From: Acidimicrobiales bacterium
Lineage (GTDB): Bacteria; Actinomycetota; Acidimicrobiia; Acidimicrobiales; SZUA-35
Assembly (NCBI GenBank): GCA_047971245.1
Contig: JBKDZN010000057.1
Location: forward strand, 4,716 to 68,715
Direction: 5' to 3'
DNA length: 64,000 nucleotides
Part shown: one piece after another, positions 44,468-52,930 of the stretch
How the letters are laid out: every line of letters starts with the position of its first letter
Position numbering within the stretch: the stretch's first letter is position 1
Position numbers and translations under genes: made by a program
The notes under the pieces: model-generated
The model's database searches: none
Told to the model about the DNA's origin: nothing
What the model saw: only the letters and a program-made list of their open reading frames with translations

Positions 44468-46138
44468 GTGCCCAAGATCTGGAGATTGGTGGCCCTCTTC
44501 GCCACACTGGCCCTCGTCGGGGCGGCGTGCGGCGGCGGCACCGATTCGACCGCGGACGCCGGTGACACCACCGGTGGGACCGGCAACGCGGTTCCCGCCG
44601 ACGACGGGACCCTCGTGTTCGCGGCGACCGGCGACATCAACAGCATGGACCCGTCGATCACCGCGGTCGAATGGAATCGGGTCCTCGATGTGAACGTCTA
44701 CGAGACGCTGGTCAACTACGACCTCCAGCCCACCGACGACGGATCTCTGGTGGGTATCGGCCTCGCCGTGGCCCCGGGTCTCGCCTCCGAATGGGAGATC
44801 GAGGGTGACAGCGTCACCTTCACCCTCCGCGACGGAGTGACCTTCTATCCGAGCGGCAACCCGATGACGGCCGAGGACGTCCGCTACAGCATCATCCGGA
44901 CGGTCCGCCTCCCCGGTTCGACCGGCACGTTCAACGCCAACCTGGCCGGCATCTTCGAGCCCGAACAGCAGGTCGAGGTGGTCGACGACCAGACGGTCCG
45001 TATCAACTTCACCGACGCCGAAGGGAATCCCCGGCGCACGGCCATGTCGCTGCCGTCGTTGCGGTTCCCCCAGTTCAGCATTCTGGACTCGGTCACCTTC
45101 GAGGAACACGCCACCGAGCACGACCCTTGGGCGGCGACGTGGGCCGAAGGCAACGTCGCCGGCACCGGCCACTACTACGTCGAGAACTACTCGCCAGGGT
45201 CCGAGATCGCCCTACGGGTCGTCCCCGACTACTGGGGTGAGGCCCCAGGGTACGAGCAGGTGATCATGCGGGTGGTCGGCGGGGCCGACATCACTTCGTT
45301 GATGCTCGGCGACGAGGTCGACATGGCCAGTTCCGGCCTCGGCAGCCGGGAGCTCGACACCTTGGAGGAGGCCGGTTTCCAGGTCATCAACCAGCCGATC
45401 CCCGACATCATCAAGGCAGAGCTGGTGACGACCTCGCAACCGCTCGACGACCAGACCGTCCGGCAGGCCGTTGCCGAGGCCATCCCCTACGACCAGGTCA
45501 TCGAGATCGCCCTCGGCGGGCGGGGCGAGCGGGCCTACTCGATTGTCAACCCCGCCGCCCCCGCCTACCAGCCGGCCTGGGAGATCTACGGCGACCCGGC
45601 CCGGGCATCCGCCCTGATCGAGCAGGCCGGAGCGGCCGGAGCGACCGTGCCGATCTACTTCAACAGCGACATCTCCTCGATGGAGGACATCGCCCTGCTC
45701 ATCAGCGATTCGCTCCAGGGGATCGGCCTGGACGTCGAGGTCAACGGCCTACCCACCGTGCAGTTCACCGACGAGCGGACCAAGCTGACCCGGGGGGAGC
45801 CGTCCCAGATGTCCGGCCTGGTGCTCACGTCGGGGGTGATCTGGCTCGATGACGCCGACCCGAACGTCGACCTGTGGTTGAAGAGCGATGGCTTCTCCAA
45901 CTCCACCGGCTGGGCCGATCCCGAGGTCGATCAGCTCCACGCCGAGTTCCGTTTCAGCTCCGACCCGGAGGCCCGGGCTGCGGCCTACGGCACCGTCCAG
46001 GCGCTCGGGGCGGAAGGGGCCGCCTACGCACCGATCGCGGTGGCCGGCGTGACGGTGGCCCTCCGGCCCGGCATCCAGGGGGCTTCGTTCACCTCCGACC
46101 CCCACCCCCGCTTCTGGACCATGAGCCCGTCCGAATGA
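44468..46138 (+). CDS. ABC transporter substrate-binding lipoprotein, family 5 (peptide/nickel type)
   Basis: GTG 44468 behind GAAGGAG. Lipobox LALVGAACGGG. A mature domain of about 530 aa with LVNYD, LRDGVTFY.SGNPMTAEDV and VPDYWGE motifs. Confidence 0.85.
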   Translation: MPKIWRLVALFATLALVGAACGGGTDSTADAGDTTGGTGNAVPADDGTLVFAATGDINSMDPSITAVEWNRVLDVNVYETLVNYDLQPTDDGSLVGIGLAVAPGLASEWEIEGDSVTFTLRDGVTFYPSGNPMTAEDVRYSIIRTVRLPGSTGTFNANLAGIFEPEQQVEVVDDQTVRINFTDAEGNPRRTAMSLPSLRFPQFSILDSVTFEEHATEHDPWAATWAEGNVAGTGHYYVENYSPGSEIALRVVPDYWGEAPGYEQVIMRVVGGADITSLMLGDEVDMASSGLGSRELDTLEEAGFQVINQPIPDIIKAELVTTSQPLDDQTVRQAVAEAIPYDQVIEIALGGRGERAYSIVNPAAPAYQPAWEIYGDPARASALIEQAGAAGATVPIYFNSDISSMEDIALLISDSLQGIGLDVEVNGLPTVQFTDERTKLTRGEPSQMSGLVLTSGVIWLDDADPNVDLWLKSDGFSNSTGWADPEVDQLHAEFRFSSDPEARAAAYGTVQALGAEGAAYAPIAVAGVTVALRPGIQGASFTSDPHPRFWTMSPSE

Positions 46139-46187
46139 GCGACCGAACCACTCGCCCCCGGCCCCGCCACCCTGAGGAGATGACGAC

Positions 46188-47762
46188 ATGACCCGCACCC
46201 TGGTGATCGGTGATCCGGTCATCGTGCTCGGCCCCGGCCCCCAGCCCGTTGTTGCCGACGGAGCCCTCGTCGTCGACGACCGTGTCGTCGTCGAGGTCGG
46301 TCCTCGGGAGCAGCTCGAGGCCAACGGTCCCTACGACGCCGTGATCGGTTCGGCCGACCACCTGGTCATGCCGGGGTTCGTCAACGGCCACTTCCACGGC
46401 GGTAGCTACGCCCACGCCGGCATGGCCCAGTACATCTTCGAACGGGCGAACGTGTCGGTTCACGGCAACCGGGGCGCCGTCGATGAGGAGTTCCTGCACG
46501 CCGCCTATGTCCTGAGCTATCTCGATTGCCTCAAGGGTGGGCAGACCGCGGTGGTCGACTTCAGCTACGGCCGGCCCGAGATGGACCAGTTCGGCAACGA
46601 ACCGATCCTGCGAGCCTACGCCGATGTCGGTATCCGGGCCGCCCTCGGGTTCGTCACCCGGGATCGCAATAAATACGTGCACGCCCCTGACGACCACTTC
46701 CTGTCGATGCTGCCCCCAGGTCTGCGGGCCGAGGTGGCCGCATCCCCCATGGGGTACGCCTGGCCGACCGGTGACGTGGTGGCCGCCTACCGAAAGCTGA
46801 CTCCCCGATGGGACGGCTACGACGGACGGATCCGATGCCTCCTGGCCCCCGACTGGACGCCGGCCAACAGTGACGAGTGCTACCTGCTCATGCGGCAACT
46901 GGCCGACGAGTACGACACCGGGATCATGACGCATGTCCTGGAGACCAAGTCGGAGATGATCTTCAACCTGAAGCATCACGGCAAGACCGCGATGCGGCGG
47001 TTGGCCGATCTGGGTGTGCTCGGACCGGATGTCTCGGTCGACCACTTCGTGTGGGCGACCGACGAGGACATCGCCATCCTGGCCGACACCGGAGCGGTCG
47101 CGGTCAACAACCCAGGATCGAACCTTCGCCTGTCGGCTGGGGTGTGCCGCACCCGCGACATCCTGGATCGGGGCGGCATGTTCTGCTTCGGGACCGACTC
47201 CATCGGCTTCTCCCCGGACGAGGACTTCTTCGAGGAGCTGCGGCTGGCTCTCTACCTGCAACGCCTGCCGGGCCGGCTCGACGTCGGTCGCCTCGACACC
47301 CTGCACGTACTCGACACCGCGGCCAAAGCCGGGGCGCGGGCGCTGCGGATGGAGGACAGGGTCGGGTCGCTGCGGCCCGGTAAGGAGGCCGACCTGCTCG
47401 TCCTCCGCAAGGACACCTTCATGCGGCCCACGGCCAAGTTCAGTGCCATGCCGATCCTGGATGTGCTCGTCGACCGGGCGGAGGCCGACAACATCGAGAC
47501 CGTCATGGTGGCGGGCACGGTGGTGGTCCAGGACGGTCGTTCGACCGTCGTCGACGAGGACGCGCTGTGGGCCACGCTGGAGGCCGGTATCGACGACGGC
47601 GCCTACCGCGCCCCCGACGAGACCTGGGCCCGCTGGGGTGAGCTCGGCGGCGAGGTCGAGCCGTACGTCTTCGACTTCTTCCAGCCGTGGGCCGACCTTC
47701 CGGTGCGGCAGGCCTACACGTACAACGCCGCCGAGGCCCCGGACGTCAGCCGTCTCGGCTGA
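46188..47762 (+). CDS. Metal-dependent amidohydrolase (ATZ/TRZ-like deaminase/ring-hydrolase family)
   Basis: LVMPGFVNGHFHG (HxH), MTHVLE, VDHFVW and CFGTDS, the metal ligand pattern of the amidohydrolase superfamily. Confidence 0.8.
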   Translation: MTRTLVIGDPVIVLGPGPQPVVADGALVVDDRVVVEVGPREQLEANGPYDAVIGSADHLVMPGFVNGHFHGGSYAHAGMAQYIFERANVSVHGNRGAVDEEFLHAAYVLSYLDCLKGGQTAVVDFSYGRPEMDQFGNEPILRAYADVGIRAALGFVTRDRNKYVHAPDDHFLSMLPPGLRAEVAASPMGYAWPTGDVVAAYRKLTPRWDGYDGRIRCLLAPDWTPANSDECYLLMRQLADEYDTGIMTHVLETKSEMIFNLKHHGKTAMRRLADLGVLGPDVSVDHFVWATDEDIAILADTGAVAVNNPGSNLRLSAGVCRTRDILDRGGMFCFGTDSIGFSPDEDFFEELRLALYLQRLPGRLDVGRLDTLHVLDTAAKAGARALRMEDRVGSLRPGKEADLLVLRKDTFMRPTAKFSAMPILDVLVDRAEADNIETVMVAGTVVVQDGRSTVVDEDALWATLEAGIDDGAYRAPDETWARWGELGGEVEPYVFDFFQPWADLPVRQAYTYNAAEAPDVSRLG

Positions 47763-47837
47763 TACCCGACCGACGCGTACGGCCCCCTGTCGGGGTCCCA
47801 CCCGCCCCGTCGGGGACGACCAATCAACGGAGGAACC

Positions 47838-48926
47838 ATGACCAAAGAGATCGAGCTCGGGGTCTTCATCCCGGTCGGCAACGGTGGCTGGATCATCTCC
47901 ACCACGAGCCCCCAGCTGCCGGCCAGCTACGAGTACAACCGTGAGGTCACCGTCCTGGCCGAGAACCTGGGGTTCGATTTCGCCCTGTCGATGGCCAAAT
48001 GGCGAGGATTCGGTGGACCCTCCCACCACTGGGATGTGACCCTCGAGTCGTTCACCACCATGACCGGGTTGGCCGAGGCGACGTCCCGGATCAAGCTGTG
48101 GTGCACCATCCACACCATGGTGTGGCACCCGGCCGTGGTGGCCAAGATGATTGCCACCTTCGACCAGGTGTCGCAGGGGAGGGCGGGTGTGAACCTGGTC
48201 GCCGGTTCGAACCCGGTCGACCAGGGGCAGATGGGTTTGTGGCGTGATCTCGACCACGAGGGCCGCTACGGCCTCGCCCAGGAGTGGGTCACGGTGGCCA
48301 AGCGGCTGTGGACCGAGGACCGGGTGACCCACCACGGCCGCTTCTTCGACCTCGAGGACTGTATGTCCAACCCCAAGCCGGCCGCCCTCCCGCCGATCCT
48401 GTGCGCCGCCACTTCCGACCGCGGATTCCGCTTCACCATCGAACACTGCGACGTCTGTTTCATGGGGTCGACCGGACCGGACGAGATGATCTCGGTGGCC
48501 CGGCGGGCCCGGGTCGTGTCGGCGGAACTCGGCAAGCCGACCCGGACCTTCGGGCTGTTCTCGATCATTCCGGGCGAGACCGACGCCGATGCCCGCCGGC
48601 GGGTCGAGCTCTACAACGAGGGGGTGGATGTCACCGCCCTGGCCAACCGGTCGCGCGAGTACGGGCAGGACGTACCCCAGAACACGACGGCCAAACGGAT
48701 GATCGACGGGGGCAAGTCCGGCCTGGCCGTGCCCCGCTCGGCGCTGGTCGGCTCGCCGGCCACCATTGCGGAGGGTCTGGCCCGGGTGGTGCACGAGGGC
48801 GACCTCGACGGGGTGGTGGTCATCGTCCCTGATTTCATCGACGACCTGCGGGTGGTGGGGCAGGAAGTGACCCGCGAACTGGGCGCGCGCGACGTCGCCA
48901 CCGCAGCCGCGCTGCAGCAGGCGTGA
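47838..48926 (+). CDS. LLM-class flavin-dependent monooxygenase, RutA (pyrimidine monooxygenase)-like
   Basis: LGVFIPVGNGGWIISTTSPQ...FDFALSMAKWRGFGGPSHHWDVTLESFT closely parallels my recollection of E. coli RutA (GVFVPIGNNGWLIS...FDFALSMIKLRGFGG...LESFT). Confidence 0.75.
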   Translation: MTKEIELGVFIPVGNGGWIISTTSPQLPASYEYNREVTVLAENLGFDFALSMAKWRGFGGPSHHWDVTLESFTTMTGLAEATSRIKLWCTIHTMVWHPAVVAKMIATFDQVSQGRAGVNLVAGSNPVDQGQMGLWRDLDHEGRYGLAQEWVTVAKRLWTEDRVTHHGRFFDLEDCMSNPKPAALPPILCAATSDRGFRFTIEHCDVCFMGSTGPDEMISVARRARVVSAELGKPTRTFGLFSIIPGETDADARRRVELYNEGVDVTALANRSREYGQDVPQNTTAKRMIDGGKSGLAVPRSALVGSPATIAEGLARVVHEGDLDGVVVIVPDFIDDLRVVGQEVTRELGARDVATAAALQQA

Positions 48927-49336
48927 CGGTGATCGCCGTCAACCCGGCCGGAGTTCATGCCGTTCCCGCCTATTCCCACGCGCTCGTGGGCACCGGTACG
49001 CCGGTGTTCCTCACCGGCCAGATCGCCCTGGACGCCGAGGGCCGGCTCGTCGGCGTGGGCGACCCGGCGGCTCAGGCCGCTCAGGTGTGGCGCAACATCC
49101 GTTCGATCGTGACGGCCCTCGGGGCCGACCTGACCGACATCGTGAAGCTCACCACCTTCGCCGTCGACCGGGCCCACCTGCCGGCCATCGGCGCCGAACG
49201 GGCCCGGCACTTCGAACCGGGCCGGTTCCCGGCCAGCACCTTCCTGCTGGTCGCCGGATTGGCGCATCCGGACTATCTGGTCGAGATCGAGGTGATCGTC
49301 ATGCTGGACGATTCGGCGCCGGCAGCACGGTCATGA
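48923..49336 (+). CDS. RidA/YjgF-family protein (RutC-like position)
   Basis: AYSHALVGTGTPVFLTGQIALD, IVKLTTF and DYLVEIEVIV. The GTG start overlaps the RutA-like stop. Confidence 0.85.
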   Translation: MTVIAVNPAGVHAVPAYSHALVGTGTPVFLTGQIALDAEGRLVGVGDPAAQAAQVWRNIRSIVTALGADLTDIVKLTTFAVDRAHLPAIGAERARHFEPGRFPASTFLLVAGLAHPDYLVEIEVIVMLDDSAPAARS

Positions 49337-49375
49337 GGAGGGCACGGTCATGAGACAGGAGAGAGAGGAACGGTC

Positions 49376-49765
49376 ATGAATCACACCACGATCACCGTCG
49401 ACGGGGCCTTCCGGAGCGACGCGTTCGCCCACGGGGTGGTCGCCCGCGGGGCGCTCCTGGCCGTGGCCGGGCAGCTCGCCCTGAACGAGGACGGTTCGAC
49501 CTACGCCCCCGGTGACCTCGACGCTCAGATCGCCAAGGTGTGGCGGCAGGTGGAGGCGGTGGTCCGCACCGCCGGTGGCGACATGGGCGACGTCGTGAAG
49601 ATCACCAGCTTCGTGACCGACCCGGACCATATCGGTCCGGTGGTGGCGTCCCGGGCCGAGGTGTTCCCCGGCGGCCAGGCCCCGGCCAGCACGCTCGTGG
49701 TGGTGGCCGCCCTGGCCCGACCCGAGTTCCTGGTCGAGATCGAGGCGTTGGCGGTGATCCCGTGA
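49376..49765 (+). CDS. RidA/YjgF-family protein, second copy
   Basis: FAHGVVARGALLAVAGQLALN, VVKITSFV and EFLVEIEALAV. Confidence 0.85.
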   Translation: MNHTTITVDGAFRSDAFAHGVVARGALLAVAGQLALNEDGSTYAPGDLDAQIAKVWRQVEAVVRTAGGDMGDVVKITSFVTDPDHIGPVVASRAEVFPGGQAPASTLVVVAALARPEFLVEIEALAVIP

Positions 49766-50724
49766 TGGTGGGGCTGACCACTGGATCGGCCGGCGAGAGT
49801 CCGCTGGTCCCCGAGGCCCGACGGTTCCTGGCCGACCTCGACCGGGCGGGGTGGAAGCCCCGCCATCTCGTCGGTGTCGGCGCGGCGCGCGACCAGCTGG
49901 CCTTGGCCCGGCCCCGCGTGGGCGCCCCCATTGATTGGGTCGACGACCTGATCGTGCCCGGCCGACCGGCGGTTCCGGCCCGGCTGTACCGGGTGGCCGA
50001 CGAGGTCGGCGTGGTGGTGTTCCTGCACGGCGGCGGTTGGGTGCTCGGCGACCTCGACCTGTCGGACGCGATGTGCCGCGATCTGGCCCTCGGGTGTGGG
50101 GCCGCGGTGCTGTCGGTCGACTACCGCCTGGCGCCCGAGCATCCGTTTCCTGCCGCCCTCGACGACGTCATGACCGTACTGCGATGGTTGGAGGCCTCGC
50201 CGGGACTCGGCGGCCCGCGGGTGCTCGCTGGGGTCAGCGCCGGCGGCAACCTGGCGGCGGCCGCTGCTCTGATGGCCCGGGACGGGCCGGGAACGGAGCT
50301 CGCCGGTCAGCTGCTCGTGTGCCCGGTGCTCGACCACGACCTCGACCGGCCGTCGTACCTGCGGTACGCCGAGGGTCACTATTTGTGGCGGGAGGACATG
50401 GCTTGGTTCTGGGACCGTTACACCACGCCGGAGGAGCGGCTGGATCCGCTGGCCTCTCCGCTGCGGGCTGCCGATCACGGCGGTCTTCCCCCCACCGCGG
50501 TCGTCACTGCCGAGTGCGATCCGTTGCGGGACGAGGGCCGGGCGTACGCCGACCGGCTGGTCGCGGCCGGGGTGCCCACGTCGTACCGGTGCTATCCGGG
50601 CGAGCTCCACGGCTTCTTCGGGAACCCGGCGATGCCGTCGGGGCGGGCGGCGCTCGACCAGGCCGCCGGCGAGGTCCGAGCCTGGCTCCGACCAGCGCCG
50701 GCCGGCTCCGGAGGTCCACGATGA
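49765..50724 (+). CDS. Alpha/beta hydrolase of the hormone-sensitive-lipase/esterase type
   Basis: Oxyanion motif VVFLHGGGWVLG, nucleophile GVSAGGNLAA, DPLRDEG and GELHGF. ATG overlaps the RidA stop (ATGA). Confidence 0.8.
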   Translation: MVGLTTGSAGESPLVPEARRFLADLDRAGWKPRHLVGVGAARDQLALARPRVGAPIDWVDDLIVPGRPAVPARLYRVADEVGVVVFLHGGGWVLGDLDLSDAMCRDLALGCGAAVLSVDYRLAPEHPFPAALDDVMTVLRWLEASPGLGGPRVLAGVSAGGNLAAAAALMARDGPGTELAGQLLVCPVLDHDLDRPSYLRYAEGHYLWREDMAWFWDRYTTPEERLDPLASPLRAADHGGLPPTAVVTAECDPLRDEGRAYADRLVAAGVPTSYRCYPGELHGFFGNPAMPSGRAALDQAAGEVRAWLRPAPAGSGGPR

Positions 50725-51254
50725 CGGGGGGAACGGTTCACGTGGTGATCGGGAACCCCAAGCCCGGGGGGCGGACCACCCGGGTGGCGATGGCCGTGGC
50801 CGAGATCCTTGCCGACATGGCGGGGGGTCTGGAACCGGAGACCGTCGAGTTGGGTGAGCACACGGCGACGATGTTCGACTGGGGCGACGCCGTACTCGGG
50901 CAGCTGGTGTCCGACATCGTCGAGGGTGATGCGCTCGTCGTGGCTTCCCCCACCTACAAGGCCAGCTTCACCGGCTTGCTCAAGGCCTTCCTCGATCGGT
51001 TCCCCGCGGGCTCCCTCCGGGGGGTGGTCACGGTGCCGGTGATGCTCGGCGGTTCGGAGCGCCACAGCCTCGCCGTCGACACCCAGCTCCGACCGGTTCT
51101 GGTCGAACTCGGGGCCACGATGCCCACGGAGGGGGTGTACCTGGTCGACGATCGGGTCGACGACCTCGAGGCCGAGCTCGACCCGTGGCGCGCCGCCCAT
51201 GAGGCGGTGTTGGCCCCGTTGCTGGGTGGAGACGGGTCGACGGGTCCCGCATGA
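50721..51254 (+). CDS. NAD(P)H-dependent FMN reductase family protein
   Basis: HVVIGNPKPGGRTTR and ALVVASPTYKASFTGLLKAFLD. ATG overlaps the esterase stop (ATGA). Confidence 0.75.
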   Translation: MTGGTVHVVIGNPKPGGRTTRVAMAVAEILADMAGGLEPETVELGEHTATMFDWGDAVLGQLVSDIVEGDALVVASPTYKASFTGLLKAFLDRFPAGSLRGVVTVPVMLGGSERHSLAVDTQLRPVLVELGATMPTEGVYLVDDRVDDLEAELDPWRAAHEAVLAPLLGGDGSTGPA

Positions 51255-51340
51255 TCCCGGACCCGACCGTGCCCAGCCGATACGGGCGACCTCCACCCAT
51301 ACGGGGGACGCCGGTTGCCGACTCCGGTCAGCACCGGCAT

Positions 51341-52036
51341 ATGGTCACCGCCATGTCAGACGCCCACCTCGACCCGTTGATGCATGTCGTCCAGCCCGAT
51401 CATCCCGATGCCATCGCCGAGTCGCGGGCCGGGGCCGGACGCGCCATCCGCGACATCGGGCACGCCCTGGTCGGCCATCACGCCCCCATCGAGTTGCTCG
51501 AGGAGGTCACCGCCACCCTCGACGCCCTCAGCGCCCGCCTCGACGCCGGCACCGAGCGCTCCCGAGCCGAGGTGCGCCAGGACGGCGAGTTCGGCGACCC
51601 ACCACCCGACGGCTCGGTGATGACCACCTACGACGAGCGCCCGGTGTCGGGCCGGGCCAGCCCGTGGGGCCTCGACCTCGGGGTGCGGCGCGTCGGCGAC
51701 GAGGCGATGGCCACCGTGGTGCTGCGGGCCGCCCACGAAGGCGCTCCGGGCCGCAGCCATGGCGGCATCGTGGCCGCCCTGTTCGATGACGTGTTCGGCT
51801 TCGTCCTTACCATCCTGGGCCAATCCGCCTTCACCGGTGAGCTGTTCATCCGCTACGAGGCCGGTGTGCCCATCGGCGTGCCGCTCACCTGCCGGGTGCG
51901 GCTCGACCAGGCCGACGGCCGCAAGCTCCACCTGAGCGGCGAACTCACCGAAGACGCCACCGGCGACGTGCTCACTCGGGCCCGAGCCACCCTCATCACC
52001 ATCGACCAGAGCGTGTTCGACCGCGAGGCCGGTTGA
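51341..52036 (+). CDS. PaaI-family (hotdog) thioesterase
   Basis: GAPGRSHGGIVAALFDDVFG and a long central helix/beta pattern. The start is ATG 51341 or 51353. Confidence 0.7.
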   Translation: MVTAMSDAHLDPLMHVVQPDHPDAIAESRAGAGRAIRDIGHALVGHHAPIELLEEVTATLDALSARLDAGTERSRAEVRQDGEFGDPPPDGSVMTTYDERPVSGRASPWGLDLGVRRVGDEAMATVVLRAAHEGAPGRSHGGIVAALFDDVFGFVLTILGQSAFTGELFIRYEAGVPIGVPLTCRVRLDQADGRKLHLSGELTEDATGDVLTRARATLITIDQSVFDREAG

Positions 52037-52049
52037 CGGCGACCAGCCC

Positions 52050-52376
52050 CTACGGCACCGGCGTGATCGCGTCGGCGGCCGGCGGGGCGGGCGGGGTGAC
52101 GAGGGACCGAAGGGCCGCGGCGTGGGTGGCCAGTGCGGCGGAGCCCTTGTCGGTCACCGAGAACCAGGTGGTGCGGGAGCGGCCGCGGCCGGTTCGGCGT
52201 GACTCGGCGTAGCCGGCGTCGGTGAGCGCCTTGAGCTGTTTGGAGAGATCCGAATCGCTCAGGCCCAGGTGGTCCCGCAGGAACGAGAACTCGACCCGTC
52301 GCGACACGTCGAGCACCCCGAGTGCGGCCAACCGCTTGGGTGGGGTGAGGACCGGATCCAGTTCGTCCAGGCTCAT
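52050..52376 (-). CDS. Winged-helix transcriptional regulator (HTH_34 / ArsR-MarR-like)
   Basis: 108 aa: LTPPKRLAALGVLDVSRRVEFSFLRDHLGLSDSDLSKQLKALTDAGYAE. ATG overlaps the stop of the upstream membrane gene (ATGA). Confidence 0.7.
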   Translation of the reverse strand: MSLDELDPVLTPPKRLAALGVLDVSRRVEFSFLRDHLGLSDSDLSKQLKALTDAGYAESRRTGRGRSRTTWFSVTDKGSAALATHAAALRSLVTPPAPPAADAITPVP

Positions 52377-52765
52377 ACTGCGGCCCACAGGGTACGCCGG
52401 GCCCGCATCATCGCGGATCGCACCGCTAGCAGGATCCCGGTGACGATCGCCCAGCCGGCGAACAGCAGGGCGTAGGCGGCGGCACCGTCGAGATCGAGCA
52501 GTGATTGCGCCACGGTCCAGACGAACACGACGCCCACGATCAACGCCAGCGCCCCGAGCACCGGCCAGAACGTCGGTGCGTTGAAACCGCTCCTCGGCAC
52601 CATCTTCCTGGTCAGGATCTGGTGGACCACCAGGAGGACCGCGATCACGAGAACGGCCGCCCGGACCGGGCCGTTGTCGGCCGCCACCCCGCTGGAGGAG
52701 GTGGCGGCGATGCCGGCCAGCAGGGCGGCCGCAGCCGGGGCATACCACCACGGCCCGAAGTCCAA
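52373..52765 (-). CDS. Small 4-TM membrane protein
   Basis: Four hydrophobic helices, a TTG start only, coupled to the wHTH gene. No family was recognised. Confidence 0.5.
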   Translation of the reverse strand: MDFGPWWYAPAAAALLAGIAATSSSGVAADNGPVRAAVLVIAVLLVVHQILTRKMVPRSGFNAPTFWPVLGALALIVGVVFVWTVAQSLLDLDGAAAYALLFAGWAIVTGILLAVRSAMMRARRTLWAAV

Positions 52766-52839
52766 CGCCGGATCCCTTTGGCGGCGGTCCTGGCCCGCTC
52801 CAACTGGTCGAGATCGTGTGCGGGATCAGATGGTGTGCT

Positions 52840-52876
52840 TTCCATATCGGAAACTCTAACTTCTAGATTCCAATCT
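52840..52876. promoter_or_regulatory. AT-rich divergent control region with two short palindromes
   Basis: TTCC-atatc-GGAA (52840-52852) and AGATTCCAATCT (52865-52876). They lie in the only AT-rich stretch between the wHTH/membrane operon and the carbamoylase gene. Confidence 0.35.
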
Positions 52877-52930
52877 GGCAACTGGAACTGGTGCGCCCCC
52901 ACGAGCCGAAGGCGGTTGATCCCGGACCCG

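Noticed and set aside
46089-48794. 901-aa minus-strand ORF (the longest in the track)
   Set aside because: It spans two well-supported plus-strand genes (the amidohydrolase and the RutA-like monooxygenase) and the intergenic gap between them. It has no recognisable motif and is a shadow ORF.
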